DNA from: Poseidonia sp.
Lineage (GTDB): Archaea > Thermoplasmatota > Poseidoniia > Poseidoniales > Poseidoniaceae
Length of the DNA stretch: 64,000 nt
Reading direction: 5' to 3'
Assembly: GCA_038124565.1 (NCBI GenBank)
Contig: JAYPCE010000001.1
Coordinates: 47,981 to 111,980 of the forward strand
Both the position numbers and the translations under genes were made by a program. Shown here piece after piece: positions 38,005-45,793 of the stretch (position 1 is the stretch's first letter; every line of letters begins with the position of its first letter). The notes below the pieces were generated by a model. That model worked only from the letters and a program-made list of their open reading frames with translations, was not told the DNA's origin and did no database searches.

Positions 38005-39777
38005 TTGGCGGATGGAGGTGACGATGTGCCTGTAGGCTTACCTCCCCGAGGTGGCCCTCTTGGACGCTCAAGAGGTCGTCTTTCCGCCAGCGCTTTGACG
38101 ACCTATCTTCGTTGTCCACGTCAGTGGTTGCTTCTCTACCAAGCCGGCCTGCAAGCACCCACGCGTCCATCACAAATCCTCGGAGTGGTTTTGGAAGAGG
38201 CCTTGTGCGAATTGTTGATGATGCACCCTCCGGAAGAGGTGGAGGGAACGGATGAACTGCGGCAATGGGCAAAAACAGGGATTGAATCCTTGGCGATAAA
38301 GGCTCAACAGGAAGGCGAGCGAGCATGGCAGGAAAGCCTGTGGACCGTTGATGACGAGTCTTGGTCAGACATCCCACTGGAGGTCTTTGTTAACCGTCTT
38401 CAGGGCGGCCTTGACCTGTTCCTAAGCGAGGTTCAAGCGTGTTTTGAAGCCGGTGGTGGACCGTATCTCGCAGCCATGCGCCAAGGTACACAGCCGTTCA
38501 ACGTACCAGCGCCATGCAACTCCGCACCACCTGTGTTTCCCCTGCCAGAGAAAGTCCCAGATGTCGACTTGCGACGATGGCCGTTGGATGATTTACCGAT
38601 TTGGCAGCCACTGGACGCAGCGGTGAAGTGGAACGAAGCGTGGGAGTGCGCTCGACCGTGGTTCAAAGACCCCCGAGTCCATCAACCACAACGACTCTAT
38701 CACCCAGAGGGTTGGGCCTCCGGAGAATTGGACCTGGTTCTTCGATGGGATGGAACCGTTCGCTTGGTTGATATCAAATCCGGCCGTCCTGGCTCTGCGT
38801 TTTCACCTTCGCTTGAACACCAATTGAGGTTCTATGCATGGCTCTGGCATGAAACGCACGGAGGGGACCTCGTTTCTGCAATGGAAGGATGGTACCTTGA
38901 CGGTGGAGAACGCGTGGCCTTTGATGTACCTCTGAGCGCTGAAATCGAGCAACTGCACACCCATTACGCCACCCTCCACCAAGCGATGCAATCAATGGCT
39001 GAAGGCGTGTTGGCGTTTCCTGCCTCTCCCGATTTAGCCTGTGATGGGGCAGCGGCTGGTTGCAGTTGGTGTTCCCTTTCTCGGGATGAACAGGGGGTTT
39101 GGAAGGGTGCACCTTCTCTGTCGTGGGTTGGCGATATCTCGAATGTAAGTATGCGCTCACCATATCAGCCTTTGGCTATGATTCAAGGGAGAGTGGCGGT
39201 CAGAGGACGCCTCACAGGTGTTTGGGGTCCACTGCCAAATCACTTTGGCGAACCCGTATTGGGTGCCGTTTTGGTTGTTGGAGATCAACACATTACCGTA
39301 GAAGAAAGCGAACCTGGGGCATTTTCAACCTTGCATGAAGCGAACGAGCAGGATGTGGTCATACTGGACGCGCTTCCTGGAGTGTGGCGTGACCAACCTC
39401 GCTTGTACATGGACGGTTCGTCCTCTATGTTGCTTGAAGAAGGGCCGGACGTGACGCACGCCAACACCACCTTCACGCGATTGGGCTTACTGCGTACGAG
39501 GGCGAATGTTTCAGGTCATGTGCTCTCTCTTGGTAGGCGTTCGGGAGTTCGCATCGATGGCAAACCATGGACCATGGTTTCCTTCATGCTGTGGGACGGG
39601 TCCTCCATTGCCGAAGTCGTCGCCTTCGGTTCAAGCATTAACCAACGTTTGTTGGAATTGCGTCCCGGTGATGAGATTGGTATGACTGGTGTTGAAATCG
39701 GTTGGCGTTCGGGCGTCCTTCAACTTCGCATAGACAACCGGAAAACAAGGTTGGATCTGCAGGCAATCCGTGAATAA
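38005..39777 (+). CDS. Cas4/RecB-like PD-(D/E)XK nuclease (4-Cys) fused to C-terminal OB-fold-like domains, paralog 1
   Basis: 590 aa. N-terminal LSASALTTYLRCPRQW. Nuclease core GELDLVLRWDGTVRLVDIKSG (D...D-x-K) and QLRFYAWLWH. Cys cluster CDGAAAGCSWC. The beta-rich C-terminal 220 aa (RVAVRGRLTGVWG..., VSGHVLSLGRRSGVRIDGKPWTMVSFMLWDG) is OB-like. An alternative start is GTG at 38026, 4 nt after GGAGGTGA (38014-38021). Confidence 0.6.
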   Translation: MADGGDDVPVGLPPRGGPLGRSRGRLSASALTTYLRCPRQWLLLYQAGLQAPTRPSQILGVVLEEALCELLMMHPPEEVEGTDELRQWAKTGIESLAIKAQQEGERAWQESLWTVDDESWSDIPLEVFVNRLQGGLDLFLSEVQACFEAGGGPYLAAMRQGTQPFNVPAPCNSAPPVFPLPEKVPDVDLRRWPLDDLPIWQPLDAAVKWNEAWECARPWFKDPRVHQPQRLYHPEGWASGELDLVLRWDGTVRLVDIKSGRPGSAFSPSLEHQLRFYAWLWHETHGGDLVSAMEGWYLDGGERVAFDVPLSAEIEQLHTHYATLHQAMQSMAEGVLAFPASPDLACDGAAAGCSWCSLSRDEQGVWKGAPSLSWVGDISNVSMRSPYQPLAMIQGRVAVRGRLTGVWGPLPNHFGEPVLGAVLVVGDQHITVEESEPGAFSTLHEANEQDVVILDALPGVWRDQPRLYMDGSSSMLLEEGPDVTHANTTFTRLGLLRTRANVSGHVLSLGRRSGVRIDGKPWTMVSFMLWDGSSIAEVVAFGSSINQRLLELRPGDEIGMTGVEIGWRSGVLQLRIDNRKTRLDLQAIRE

Positions 39778-39792
39778 CCTTCCTTGTGAGGC

Positions 39793-41676
39793 TTGAAAAG
39801 GGGTGAACTTTGTCGCCTTTCTATGCCCGTTCACGCAGCAGACCCAGCACGTGATAATGTGGGCCCGTACAACCGTCTTTCTGCAAGCCAAGCCAACCTG
39901 TACAAGGCTTGCCCGCGGTTGTGGTTCTATGAGAAAATCTACCGGTTCAAGATGCATCAAATCCCCGTACTCTATGTTGGAAAGGCGGTTGAGGAAGCGA
40001 TTTGCAGGGTGCTCAAAGATTCACCGTGTTTGGTGATGGCGAACGCACCTGCCGATGTTCTCGGCACGAGCCCATACACGGAAGATGGTGTACCGTACGG
40101 GCGGGATGAACAACCATGGCCAGCAGAGCGCTTGCTCCCTCTTCTTCCTGAGGAACGCCCCCAGACCATCGAAGACCTCGAACAGTGGGTTGTCGGACGC
40201 TGTCGGGCGCATGTTCCTCCAGCGCTCGCAAAGGCACGTACCCAATGGGAGAAAGACGAACGACGAAGTGGGGATTGGAATGAGGTCGATGTTGACGCTT
40301 GTTATGAGATGGTAGTCAATGGTCTGATGTTCCACATCAACGAGGTTGAGCGCTGTCTCGACGAAGGTGGGGGGCCATCGTTTGAAACTTGGAGAAGCGG
40401 GCAACGTCTCCATTGGCCAGCACCGGATGGATTCCCCCATGAACCGTTTGAAGGCAACCACCCCTTGGCTGAAGAAGGGCCAATTTCAGTTGCAGAAGCC
40501 TGGGAGGTTGCCCGTCCTTGGTTTGTAGACCCCGATTCACCTCCCTTCAAGATGAACGCCGTCCACCCGGATCATTGGTTTCAAGGCGAATACGACTTGG
40601 TGTATCGTTGGAGTGGGCGCGTAGCCATCGTCGACATCAAAGCCAGCATCGGAGCAGGTGACCGTTCGGGTGATTATGTTGAGCAGATGAAGGCATACGC
40701 CCTGCTGTGGCATGTAACACACGGACGAAAGGAACACGTTAGCGAATTGGAAATTTGGTACCTTGGGCACCCCAGCATCAAATACATTCCCGTACCTGGT
40801 CCTGAGGAACTTGTTGAACTTGAAACAGACTTGGAAGCGATGTGGCAGCAATTACGGGCGACGGTTCCGACCATTGAGCAATGTCCTCCTACTCCAAGGC
40901 CGATGCGAGGGTTCACGCCCGGAGGGACACCGACGTCCCCTCCCGATGTCAAGCGTTGTGACTCCTGTGACTGGCGAGCGGTCTGCCCGGGCGGAGAAGG
41001 CGCGGCGCAGCCAGTTGTGCCGTCATCCTATCAATTGCCGGGGGCGAGCGAACGCACGCCATTGCAAGACATTGGTACGCTGAATCCGAGGATTTCAGTC
41101 CGTGGTGTCTTGTTTTCGGTCGGTATCAGCTCGCCAAGCAAACCGCTGATGCTCACGCTCAAACAGGGCACAAATACGGCGCATGTGCACGTGGTAGCGA
41201 GTGAGCATGCCGACGGCGGGCCAATTGTCACTATGCAACCCGCTCGAGGTATGCCTGTCCTTGTTCAGGACGCCGTTTTTACTGTGAATTGGAAAGGGGA
41301 AATCGTTCTCAAACTTGACCCGTATGCCCGATTGATGGAAGACAACGACCCGTCAGTGCCTTCCAGTGACCTGTTTGACATTCAAGCCAAGCACAACATC
41401 GGGGGCGTCGTGGTCTACACCTACGAAAAGAGCGGCGTCGGCAAGGGTGGGAAACGCTGGTCCAGACGAGGCATGATGGTCATGGATAGCACGGGGGCTA
41501 CCAAGGTCGAAGGGTGGGCGGATGATTGGAACGCTCAATATGAATTGGTCCAAGAAGGCGACACGGTTGTGTTGGCCAACCTTGGTCTTGATGCTTGGGC
41601 CAGCGATGTTCGTGGCGAATATACGAGAAATTCTCGATTACAAATCATTGAACGTGTTGAACGCTCAACCCCCTGA
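39793..41676 (+). CDS. Cas4/RecB-like PD-(D/E)XK nuclease (4-Cys) fused to C-terminal OB-fold-like domains, paralog 2
   Basis: 627 aa and colinear with paralog 1. Motifs: LSASQANLYKACPRLW, AWEVARPWFVDP, GEYDLVYRWSGRVAIVDIKAS, QMKAYALLWH, and the Cas4-type CDSCDWRAVC (C-x2-C-x5-C). C-terminal OB-like segments are ISVRGVLFSVG... and GGVVVYTYEKSGVGKGGKRWSRRGMMVMDSTG. An alternative start is ATG at 39823. Confidence 0.6.
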   Translation: MKRGELCRLSMPVHAADPARDNVGPYNRLSASQANLYKACPRLWFYEKIYRFKMHQIPVLYVGKAVEEAICRVLKDSPCLVMANAPADVLGTSPYTEDGVPYGRDEQPWPAERLLPLLPEERPQTIEDLEQWVVGRCRAHVPPALAKARTQWEKDERRSGDWNEVDVDACYEMVVNGLMFHINEVERCLDEGGGPSFETWRSGQRLHWPAPDGFPHEPFEGNHPLAEEGPISVAEAWEVARPWFVDPDSPPFKMNAVHPDHWFQGEYDLVYRWSGRVAIVDIKASIGAGDRSGDYVEQMKAYALLWHVTHGRKEHVSELEIWYLGHPSIKYIPVPGPEELVELETDLEAMWQQLRATVPTIEQCPPTPRPMRGFTPGGTPTSPPDVKRCDSCDWRAVCPGGEGAAQPVVPSSYQLPGASERTPLQDIGTLNPRISVRGVLFSVGISSPSKPLMLTLKQGTNTAHVHVVASEHADGGPIVTMQPARGMPVLVQDAVFTVNWKGEIVLKLDPYARLMEDNDPSVPSSDLFDIQAKHNIGGVVVYTYEKSGVGKGGKRWSRRGMMVMDSTGATKVEGWADDWNAQYELVQEGDTVVLANLGLDAWASDVRGEYTRNSRLQIIERVERSTP

Positions 41677-41865
41677 TGAAATGGTCGTCACTCGCAACTC
41701 AACGCTCTCGTTCAAGGGTGTGGAATGAGGTAAGATCGTTCCTTCGTAACTTACAATCACCATGGACGGTAACAAGCCGGCGGCTACTAGGGCTTCACGA
41801 ACAGTCGTTCCTGCTTCCACTTCCGCAAGATGTTCACCCTCGCCATCGTTGAACCTCACTTCCAT
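41665..41865 (-). CDS. ThiS/MoaD-family ubiquitin-like beta-grasp protein with C-terminal Gly-Gly (SAMP-like)
   Basis: 66 aa from ATG 41865: MEVRFNDGEGEHLAEVEAGTTVREALVAAGLLPSMVIVSYEGTILPHSTPLNESVELRVTTISSGG, then stop. Size, pattern and terminal GG fit ThiS/MoaD/SAMP. The track ORF (to 41964) would run into the tRNA. Confidence 0.7.
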   Translation of the reverse strand: MEVRFNDGEGEHLAEVEAGTTVREALVAAGLLPSMVIVSYEGTILPHSTPLNESVELRVTTISSGG

Positions 41866-41920
41866 GGCACATCCATGAAACATCATGCTTATGACCGTCG
41901 CGCAAAAGCGGCATGACAGA

Positions 41921-42003
41921 GCCGAGGTCGCATAGCCCGGTATTGCGGTGGATTCGAAATCCACTGTCCCTTGGACGCGGGGGTTCGAATCCCTCTCTCG
42001 GCG
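41921..42003 (+). tRNA. tRNA-Ser (anticodon CGA)
   Basis: 83 nt. Acceptor stem GCCGAGG/TCTCGGC. D arm GCAT-AGCCCGGTA-TTGC. Anticodon stem GTGGA/TCCAC with loop TTCGAAA (CGA at 41955-41957). Long class II variable arm TGTCCCTTGGACGC (GTCC/GGAC stem). T arm GGGGG-TTCGAAT-CCCTC. Discriminator G. No encoded CCA. Confidence 0.92.
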
Positions 42004-42006
42004 CTC

Positions 42007-42486
42007 TCAACGGACCCAAGTGGTTTGGACAATCCCGCCATCAAACTCCTTCGTTAATGTGGGGCGCCATCCGTTGGGCAGGCCGGTCCCCAACGAGCCA
42101 AACAAGGGGATGCCGTTGGTGAGCGTCACTGGAATTTGGGTCATGACGATGGTGTCGATCAGCCCAGCCTCAAGGAGACTTGCGTTGAGTTCGCCTCCAC
42201 CAAGCAACCAAATGACGCCACCTGGTTTGATTTTCAGGGAATGGACCAGGTCCTCTGCACGCCCCGTTTGACGTGAGCAAACATGCCGGTCATACGCTTC
42301 AAAGGGTTTCTCTTCCAGCGTTTGAGCAACCTCCCACGTACGCCTGCCCATCACCACGCAATCCACCGTGTCCATGAAGGCCTTCATGCCGAAATCTTCC
42401 ACCTCGTTCGGTTGAGGGAGCCAGTCCAAACCATCGTCCTCGGTTGCGATAAATCCGTCTTCGCTGGTGGCGATATGCAACACCAT
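42007..42486 (-). CDS. dihydrofolate reductase-like protein (RibD C-terminal domain family)
   Basis: MVLHIATSEDGFIATEDDGLDWLP...VMGRRTWE...IWLLGGGELNASLLEAGLIDTIVMTQIPVTLTNGIPLF is typical of the RibD_C/DHFR-like family. ATG at 42486 is preferred over the track GTG at 42504. Confidence 0.75.
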   Translation of the reverse strand: MVLHIATSEDGFIATEDDGLDWLPQPNEVEDFGMKAFMDTVDCVVMGRRTWEVAQTLEEKPFEAYDRHVCSRQTGRAEDLVHSLKIKPGGVIWLLGGGELNASLLEAGLIDTIVMTQIPVTLTNGIPLFGSLGTGLPNGWRPTLTKEFDGGIVQTTWVR

Positions 42487-42513
42487 TTGTCGCTGGGAGT
42501 TCACTGCACCATC

Positions 42514-43269
42514 TCACATATAGAAAGCATCATGGGTTGCTGTCATCTCTGCGACCAAGTCCTCTTGTGTCTCTGGTGCCATGGCCTTTAATCGCTCCCT
42601 CAACCACTCACCGCCCCCTGCAGGGATGGTTAAGCCGAATGAAAACCATCGGTCGAGGTGTTCAATGATGCGTTGTGAGCCAAATACATCGCCACTTGAA
42701 CCGACGGTTGATGCGATGATACAGGCCGAATTGATGTTGTAAAGAGGGCCTGTTGATGCAAGGAGGGCGCCCAATCCAATCGCTCCATTTTTTGGTTCAT
42801 CGCGACGAACATCCACTCCCATGCTTTCCATATCGATACGAAACGATGCAGAACTTGCAACGGCAAATGTTTCCTTTCGCCCGGGAGGGTCGAGCATGCC
42901 CGCCAATACCAAGACAGATTCTACCTCATGTTCCCAAAAAAATTCCATCAATTCATGGGCAAGCGAGGATTGTTGGCCTGGTTCGTTGGGTTGGCCTTTT
43001 CCGGTGAGGGAAAGAAGAGCCGTTCCTTTGCCAGTCGTGCTGAGGCAGAGGGAAAGATGGGGTGGAGCAAGCAAACCATCTTCGTCAAGTTCAGCCAATG
43101 GAGGGAGACCAAGAGCGTGAATGCGTGCGATTTCGACCGTCTCGTGGAGTTCGCGGATGGAATCCACGGCCACTTTTCCAATGTTACCGATACCAGGAAA
43201 GGCGACGAGCAATGTGGAAGATGGAGGTAGTGCACTGTACCCGTTTCGCCACTCCACCTTGAAGGTCAT
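42514..43269 (-). CDS. PAC2-family proteasome assembly chaperone
   Basis: LLVAFPGIGNIGKVAVDSI is the PAC2 (COG1938) signature. Its position after nop10 matches the conserved archaeal cluster. ATG at 43269 is given here. A longer form from GTG at 43362 (GTGA overlap with the nop10 stop) is equally possible. Confidence 0.75.
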   Translation of the reverse strand: MTFKVEWRNGYSALPPSSTLLVAFPGIGNIGKVAVDSIRELHETVEIARIHALGLPPLAELDEDGLLAPPHLSLCLSTTGKGTALLSLTGKGQPNEPGQQSSLAHELMEFFWEHEVESVLVLAGMLDPPGRKETFAVASSASFRIDMESMGVDVRRDEPKNGAIGLGALLASTGPLYNINSACIIASTVGSSGDVFGSQRIIEHLDRWFSFGLTIPAGGGEWLRERLKAMAPETQEDLVAEMTATHDAFYM

Positions 43270-43358
43270 GAACGCGCAAACCCAGCGAATCGCGCTATAA
43301 TGTTTGAGATGGTTGCCGGTGTCTTCAACCGAATTTTCAATCCTCGGAGCAATCTCGG

Positions 43359-43595
43359 TCACTCTTCTTCTTGCACACCTTCACGCATCGTTTCAACATC
43401 GGGAAGGGTTGGCAAAGCCGATGCCCACGCAGGGTCTTCAACCTTGTTCATTTTTCTTCGCAGTGAGGCACGGTGGTCCTCTGGTGACCATTTGAGTGGG
43501 GCCGCTGCTTGCGCAACATCTCCACATTCGGGGCAAGTTGTATGCAGTGAGAAGGCCCCACATGCTCCGCATTGTTGCATGCGTTGGCGCGCCAT
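43359..43595 (-). CDS. nop10: H/ACA RNP protein Nop10 (with C-terminal extension)
   Basis: From ATG 43595: MARQRMQQCGACGAFSLHTTCPECGDVAQAAAPLKWSPEDHRASLRRKM. This has the Nop10 zinc ribbon plus the P.rFSPeD motif. It starts 4 nt after the aIF2-alpha stop. An extra ~30 aa acidic tail is present. Confidence 0.85.
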   Translation of the reverse strand: MARQRMQQCGACGAFSLHTTCPECGDVAQAAAPLKWSPEDHRASLRRKMNKVEDPAWASALPTLPDVETMREGVQEEE

Positions 43596-43599
43596 GGGA

Positions 43600-44388
43600 T
43601 CACTCTCTGTATGCTGTGGCTTCGCCACCGGCCTTTGTCATGTGGTCAAGAACAGCCTTCGTGGCCTTTTCCCACATGTTCTCTGCAATTTTGAAGTCAG
43701 GAGCTCGCAGTTCGAGACGGTAATTCGGGGCCCCGTCGTAGTAGCACTTCACATCGATTTCTTCTTGTTCATCGGTGAAGGCTTCGGCTGCTTCAAGGGC
43801 CGCTTGGATAACGGTAATGCCGTTGGTATCGTTGATACTCAACGTGAGTGTACCTCGGACCTCCACGAAGGGAGGAATAATGTTTTCAACAGCCAATTCA
43901 ATGAAATCAGTGACCCAACCGTCTTCAAAACCAGCGTTCGCAAGAGCGCCATCTTGCAAGGCCGCCTCTTCGAAGGCGGTATAGAGAGAACCGAACGCCT
44001 CCGACAGTTCTGCCGTCACTTCAGCCAGTTCGTTTTCATTCCAGTCGACTTTCTCAGCGAGCACCTTCAATAATTGCTGCGCTCGTTGTTCATTTTTCCA
44101 TTCTTGAAGTCGGTCACGGCGGCGCTCCTCTGAGACGGATTTCAGCGACAACTCAAGTGAAGACCCATCTTTTCGGGTTCGCATCACTTTGCAGATGACG
44201 CGCTGACCTTCGCGGACAAAGCCGCGAATGTTCTTGACCCAACCAGAGGCGATTTCACCGATGAAAATGAAGCCCTCTATACCAGGGTATTCATCGAGGT
44301 CAACATAAGCCCCGTTTTGCTTGACATTTGTGACGGTCGCAACCACCAGTTCTCCTTCTTCGGGAGTCGCGGTGGGTTCGGTTGACAT
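43600..44388 (-). CDS. eif2a: translation initiation factor aIF2 alpha subunit
   Basis: 262 aa with the N-terminal S1 domain GELVVATVTNVKQNGAYVDLDEYPGIEGFIFIGEIASGWVKNIRGFVREGQRVICKVM, followed by the helical and alpha-beta domains. Confidence 0.93.
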   Translation of the reverse strand: MSTEPTATPEEGELVVATVTNVKQNGAYVDLDEYPGIEGFIFIGEIASGWVKNIRGFVREGQRVICKVMRTRKDGSSLELSLKSVSEERRRDRLQEWKNEQRAQQLLKVLAEKVDWNENELAEVTAELSEAFGSLYTAFEEAALQDGALANAGFEDGWVTDFIELAVENIIPPFVEVRGTLTLSINDTNGITVIQAALEAAEAFTDEQEEIDVKCYYDGAPNYRLELRAPDFKIAENMWEKATKAVLDHMTKAGGEATAYRE

Positions 44389-44403
44389 GGAGGCTCAGCC
44401 TCC

Positions 44404-44574
44404 TCATCCCAACGTTTCAACAACGGTGCATCCAACGAGTTCCGCTTTCCCACCAGCAGGTTTGGTGAGGGTTGCGCTGCAAATATCACAGGCAATGGCT
44501 GTGGTGGCGCGAGAAAAGATGGTTGATTCATTGCCGCAATCTCGGCAACTGACTTTCAAAAATTGGCTAGCCAT
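44404..44574 (-). CDS. rps27e: 30S ribosomal protein S27e
   Basis: Hand translation gives 56 aa (below the ORF-track cutoff): MASQFLKVSCRDCGNESTIFSRATTAIACDICSATLTKPAGGKAELVGCTVVETLG. It has the C-x2-C...C-x2-C zinc ribbon and the FLKVkC.dC pattern of S27e. Confidence 0.9.
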   Translation of the reverse strand: MASQFLKVSCRDCGNESTIFSRATTAIACDICSATLTKPAGGKAELVGCTVVETLG

Positions 44575-44584
44575 GGATAACACC

Positions 44585-44869
44585 TCATCGGTCGATCAAT
44601 TCGAACTTCTTTGCCCGCTGACAGGGAGCATAGTGCGCCTTCCCGGTCTCTGTGCATCGGTAGAGCACGTTGACCCGCTTGGTAGGCTTCTCACGGCCAT
44701 CGGGTTTTGGACGGGGGAAACCGCGGTAACCCGCCATGACGCGACGGAAGCGGCGTTGACCCCAGCGGAGTTCCGAGGCGCGCTTTTTCTTGACGCGCTC
44801 AACGGTGTGGAGCGTGTGCTTTCCAGCCGAAGGGCTGTATCGCTTGACTTGACGTGGTCTCTTCACCAT
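44585..44869 (-). CDS. rpl44e: 50S ribosomal protein L44e (eL42)
   Basis: 94 aa: MVKRPRQVKRYSPSAGKHTLHTVERVKKKRASELRWGQRRFRR...EKPTKRVNVLYRCTETGKAH. It matches L44e throughout but lacks three of the four zinc-ribbon cysteines. Confidence 0.9.
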   Translation of the reverse strand: MVKRPRQVKRYSPSAGKHTLHTVERVKKKRASELRWGQRRFRRVMAGYRGFPRPKPDGREKPTKRVNVLYRCTETGKAHYAPCQRAKKFELIDR

Positions 44870-44971
44870 GTGACAACCTCAGCGTTCAGCCCACAGAGGT
44901 CGGGTATTTATGCCCTCCGCAAGCCGATTCGCCAGAGTTTGTGGGCCCTCGCAAGCACCCATGGGATTCTC

Positions 44972-44978
44972 TATAAAT
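44972..44978 (+). promoter_or_regulatory. candidate TATA box for the 44999 membrane-protein operon (near-leaderless)
   Basis: TATAAAT ends 20 nt before the ATG at 44999, in the divergent spacer between rpl44e and the membrane-protein gene. The spacing fits an archaeal leaderless or short-leader transcript. Sequence-only inference. Confidence 0.4.
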
Positions 44979-44998
44979 CAGCCCGACCTGCATCCACC

Positions 44999-45793
44999 AT
45001 GGAAGAAGCGATGCAAGCCTTCGTTTTCTTCTGGCTAGCAGGCCTCGCTCTCTTGGTCGGCCTGTTGCTCGGTTTCTTTTCCAAGGCTACATTCCAACGC
45101 ACGGTAGGAAAGGTCCTGCTGGGCGCAGGTTTGGTGTCGTTACTTGCAACGCCTTGGACCATTTCATTTTCTTCTTCAAGTGCGTTTGGCCATTTTCTCG
45201 GCAGCATCGCTGGGCCTTGTGTTCTCGTTGCTGTTGGATTGTACCAACTTGCTTTTTCAGGAAATGTCCCCGTGGGTCGATTATCCAACAATGAACGAAT
45301 CATCGGGGGGGCCATGGTCGTCTTGGGCGTTATTTGGCTTGAGGCCATGCATTGGTGGACAATCACGCCGACCTATCCAAGCGACGTCAACAGGTATTGG
45401 TTGATCTTTTGGCCTACCATGCTGTTGTTTGGCTTTGCCTGTGCAACGTGCGCTTATGCCCTGGTGGGGCTCACAGGCAAACAACGGGAGCGTGAACAAC
45501 GCTTGATGCTCGCCGTAGCTGGTTTCCTCCTCACCCTGATGATGGTTGGTATCTCCATGGATGGACCCAATGTATCCAGTGAACAGTTCACCGTTGAACT
45601 GTTGCTCGCTGCTGCAGATTTGTTCGGTGTTCTGGTCGGCACCGCCATTGCAGTGTTGTTGTTTGCGTTGGTACTCTTCGTCTATGAACGGCAACTGCCT
45701 GAACCTCAGAAACTTGCAGCCCCAACCGCTGAGCAATTGAAGCAAGCCGCGCAGACCATTGCAAGGCACACTTCGGGAGGTGAGGAGGAATGA
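44999..45793 (+). CDS. polytopic membrane protein, unknown function
   Basis: 264 aa from ATG 44999 (MEEAMQAFVFFWLAGLALLVGLLLGFF), with about 7 hydrophobic helices and an acidic tail. The track ORF from 44321 is antisense to rps27e/rpl44e and is rejected upstream of 44999. Confidence 0.6.
   Translation: MEEAMQAFVFFWLAGLALLVGLLLGFFSKATFQRTVGKVLLGAGLVSLLATPWTISFSSSSAFGHFLGSIAGPCVLVAVGLYQLAFSGNVPVGRLSNNERIIGGAMVVLGVIWLEAMHWWTITPTYPSDVNRYWLIFWPTMLLFGFACATCAYALVGLTGKQREREQRLMLAVAGFLLTLMMVGISMDGPNVSSEQFTVELLLAAADLFGVLVGTAIAVLLFALVLFVYERQLPEPQKLAAPTAEQLKQAAQTIARHTSGGEEE

Noticed and set aside
41866-41964. N-terminal extension of the ThiS-like track ORF.
   Set aside because: It would run through the 5' half of tRNA-Ser on the opposite strand. 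The 66-aa form from ATG 41865 matches ThiS/MoaD size.
43300-44073. 257-aa plus-strand ORF.
   Set aside because: It is entirely antisense to nop10 and aIF2-alpha, whose identities are unambiguous. Its composition (Ser/Cys/Arg-rich) is typical of antisense frames in GC-rich coding DNA.
44321-44998. N-terminal 226 codons of the 490-aa track ORF 44321-45793.
   Set aside because: This part is antisense to rps27e and rpl44e and to their intergenic regions, and it has no membrane-protein character. The hydrophobic protein begins at ATG 44999, behind a TATA-like box.
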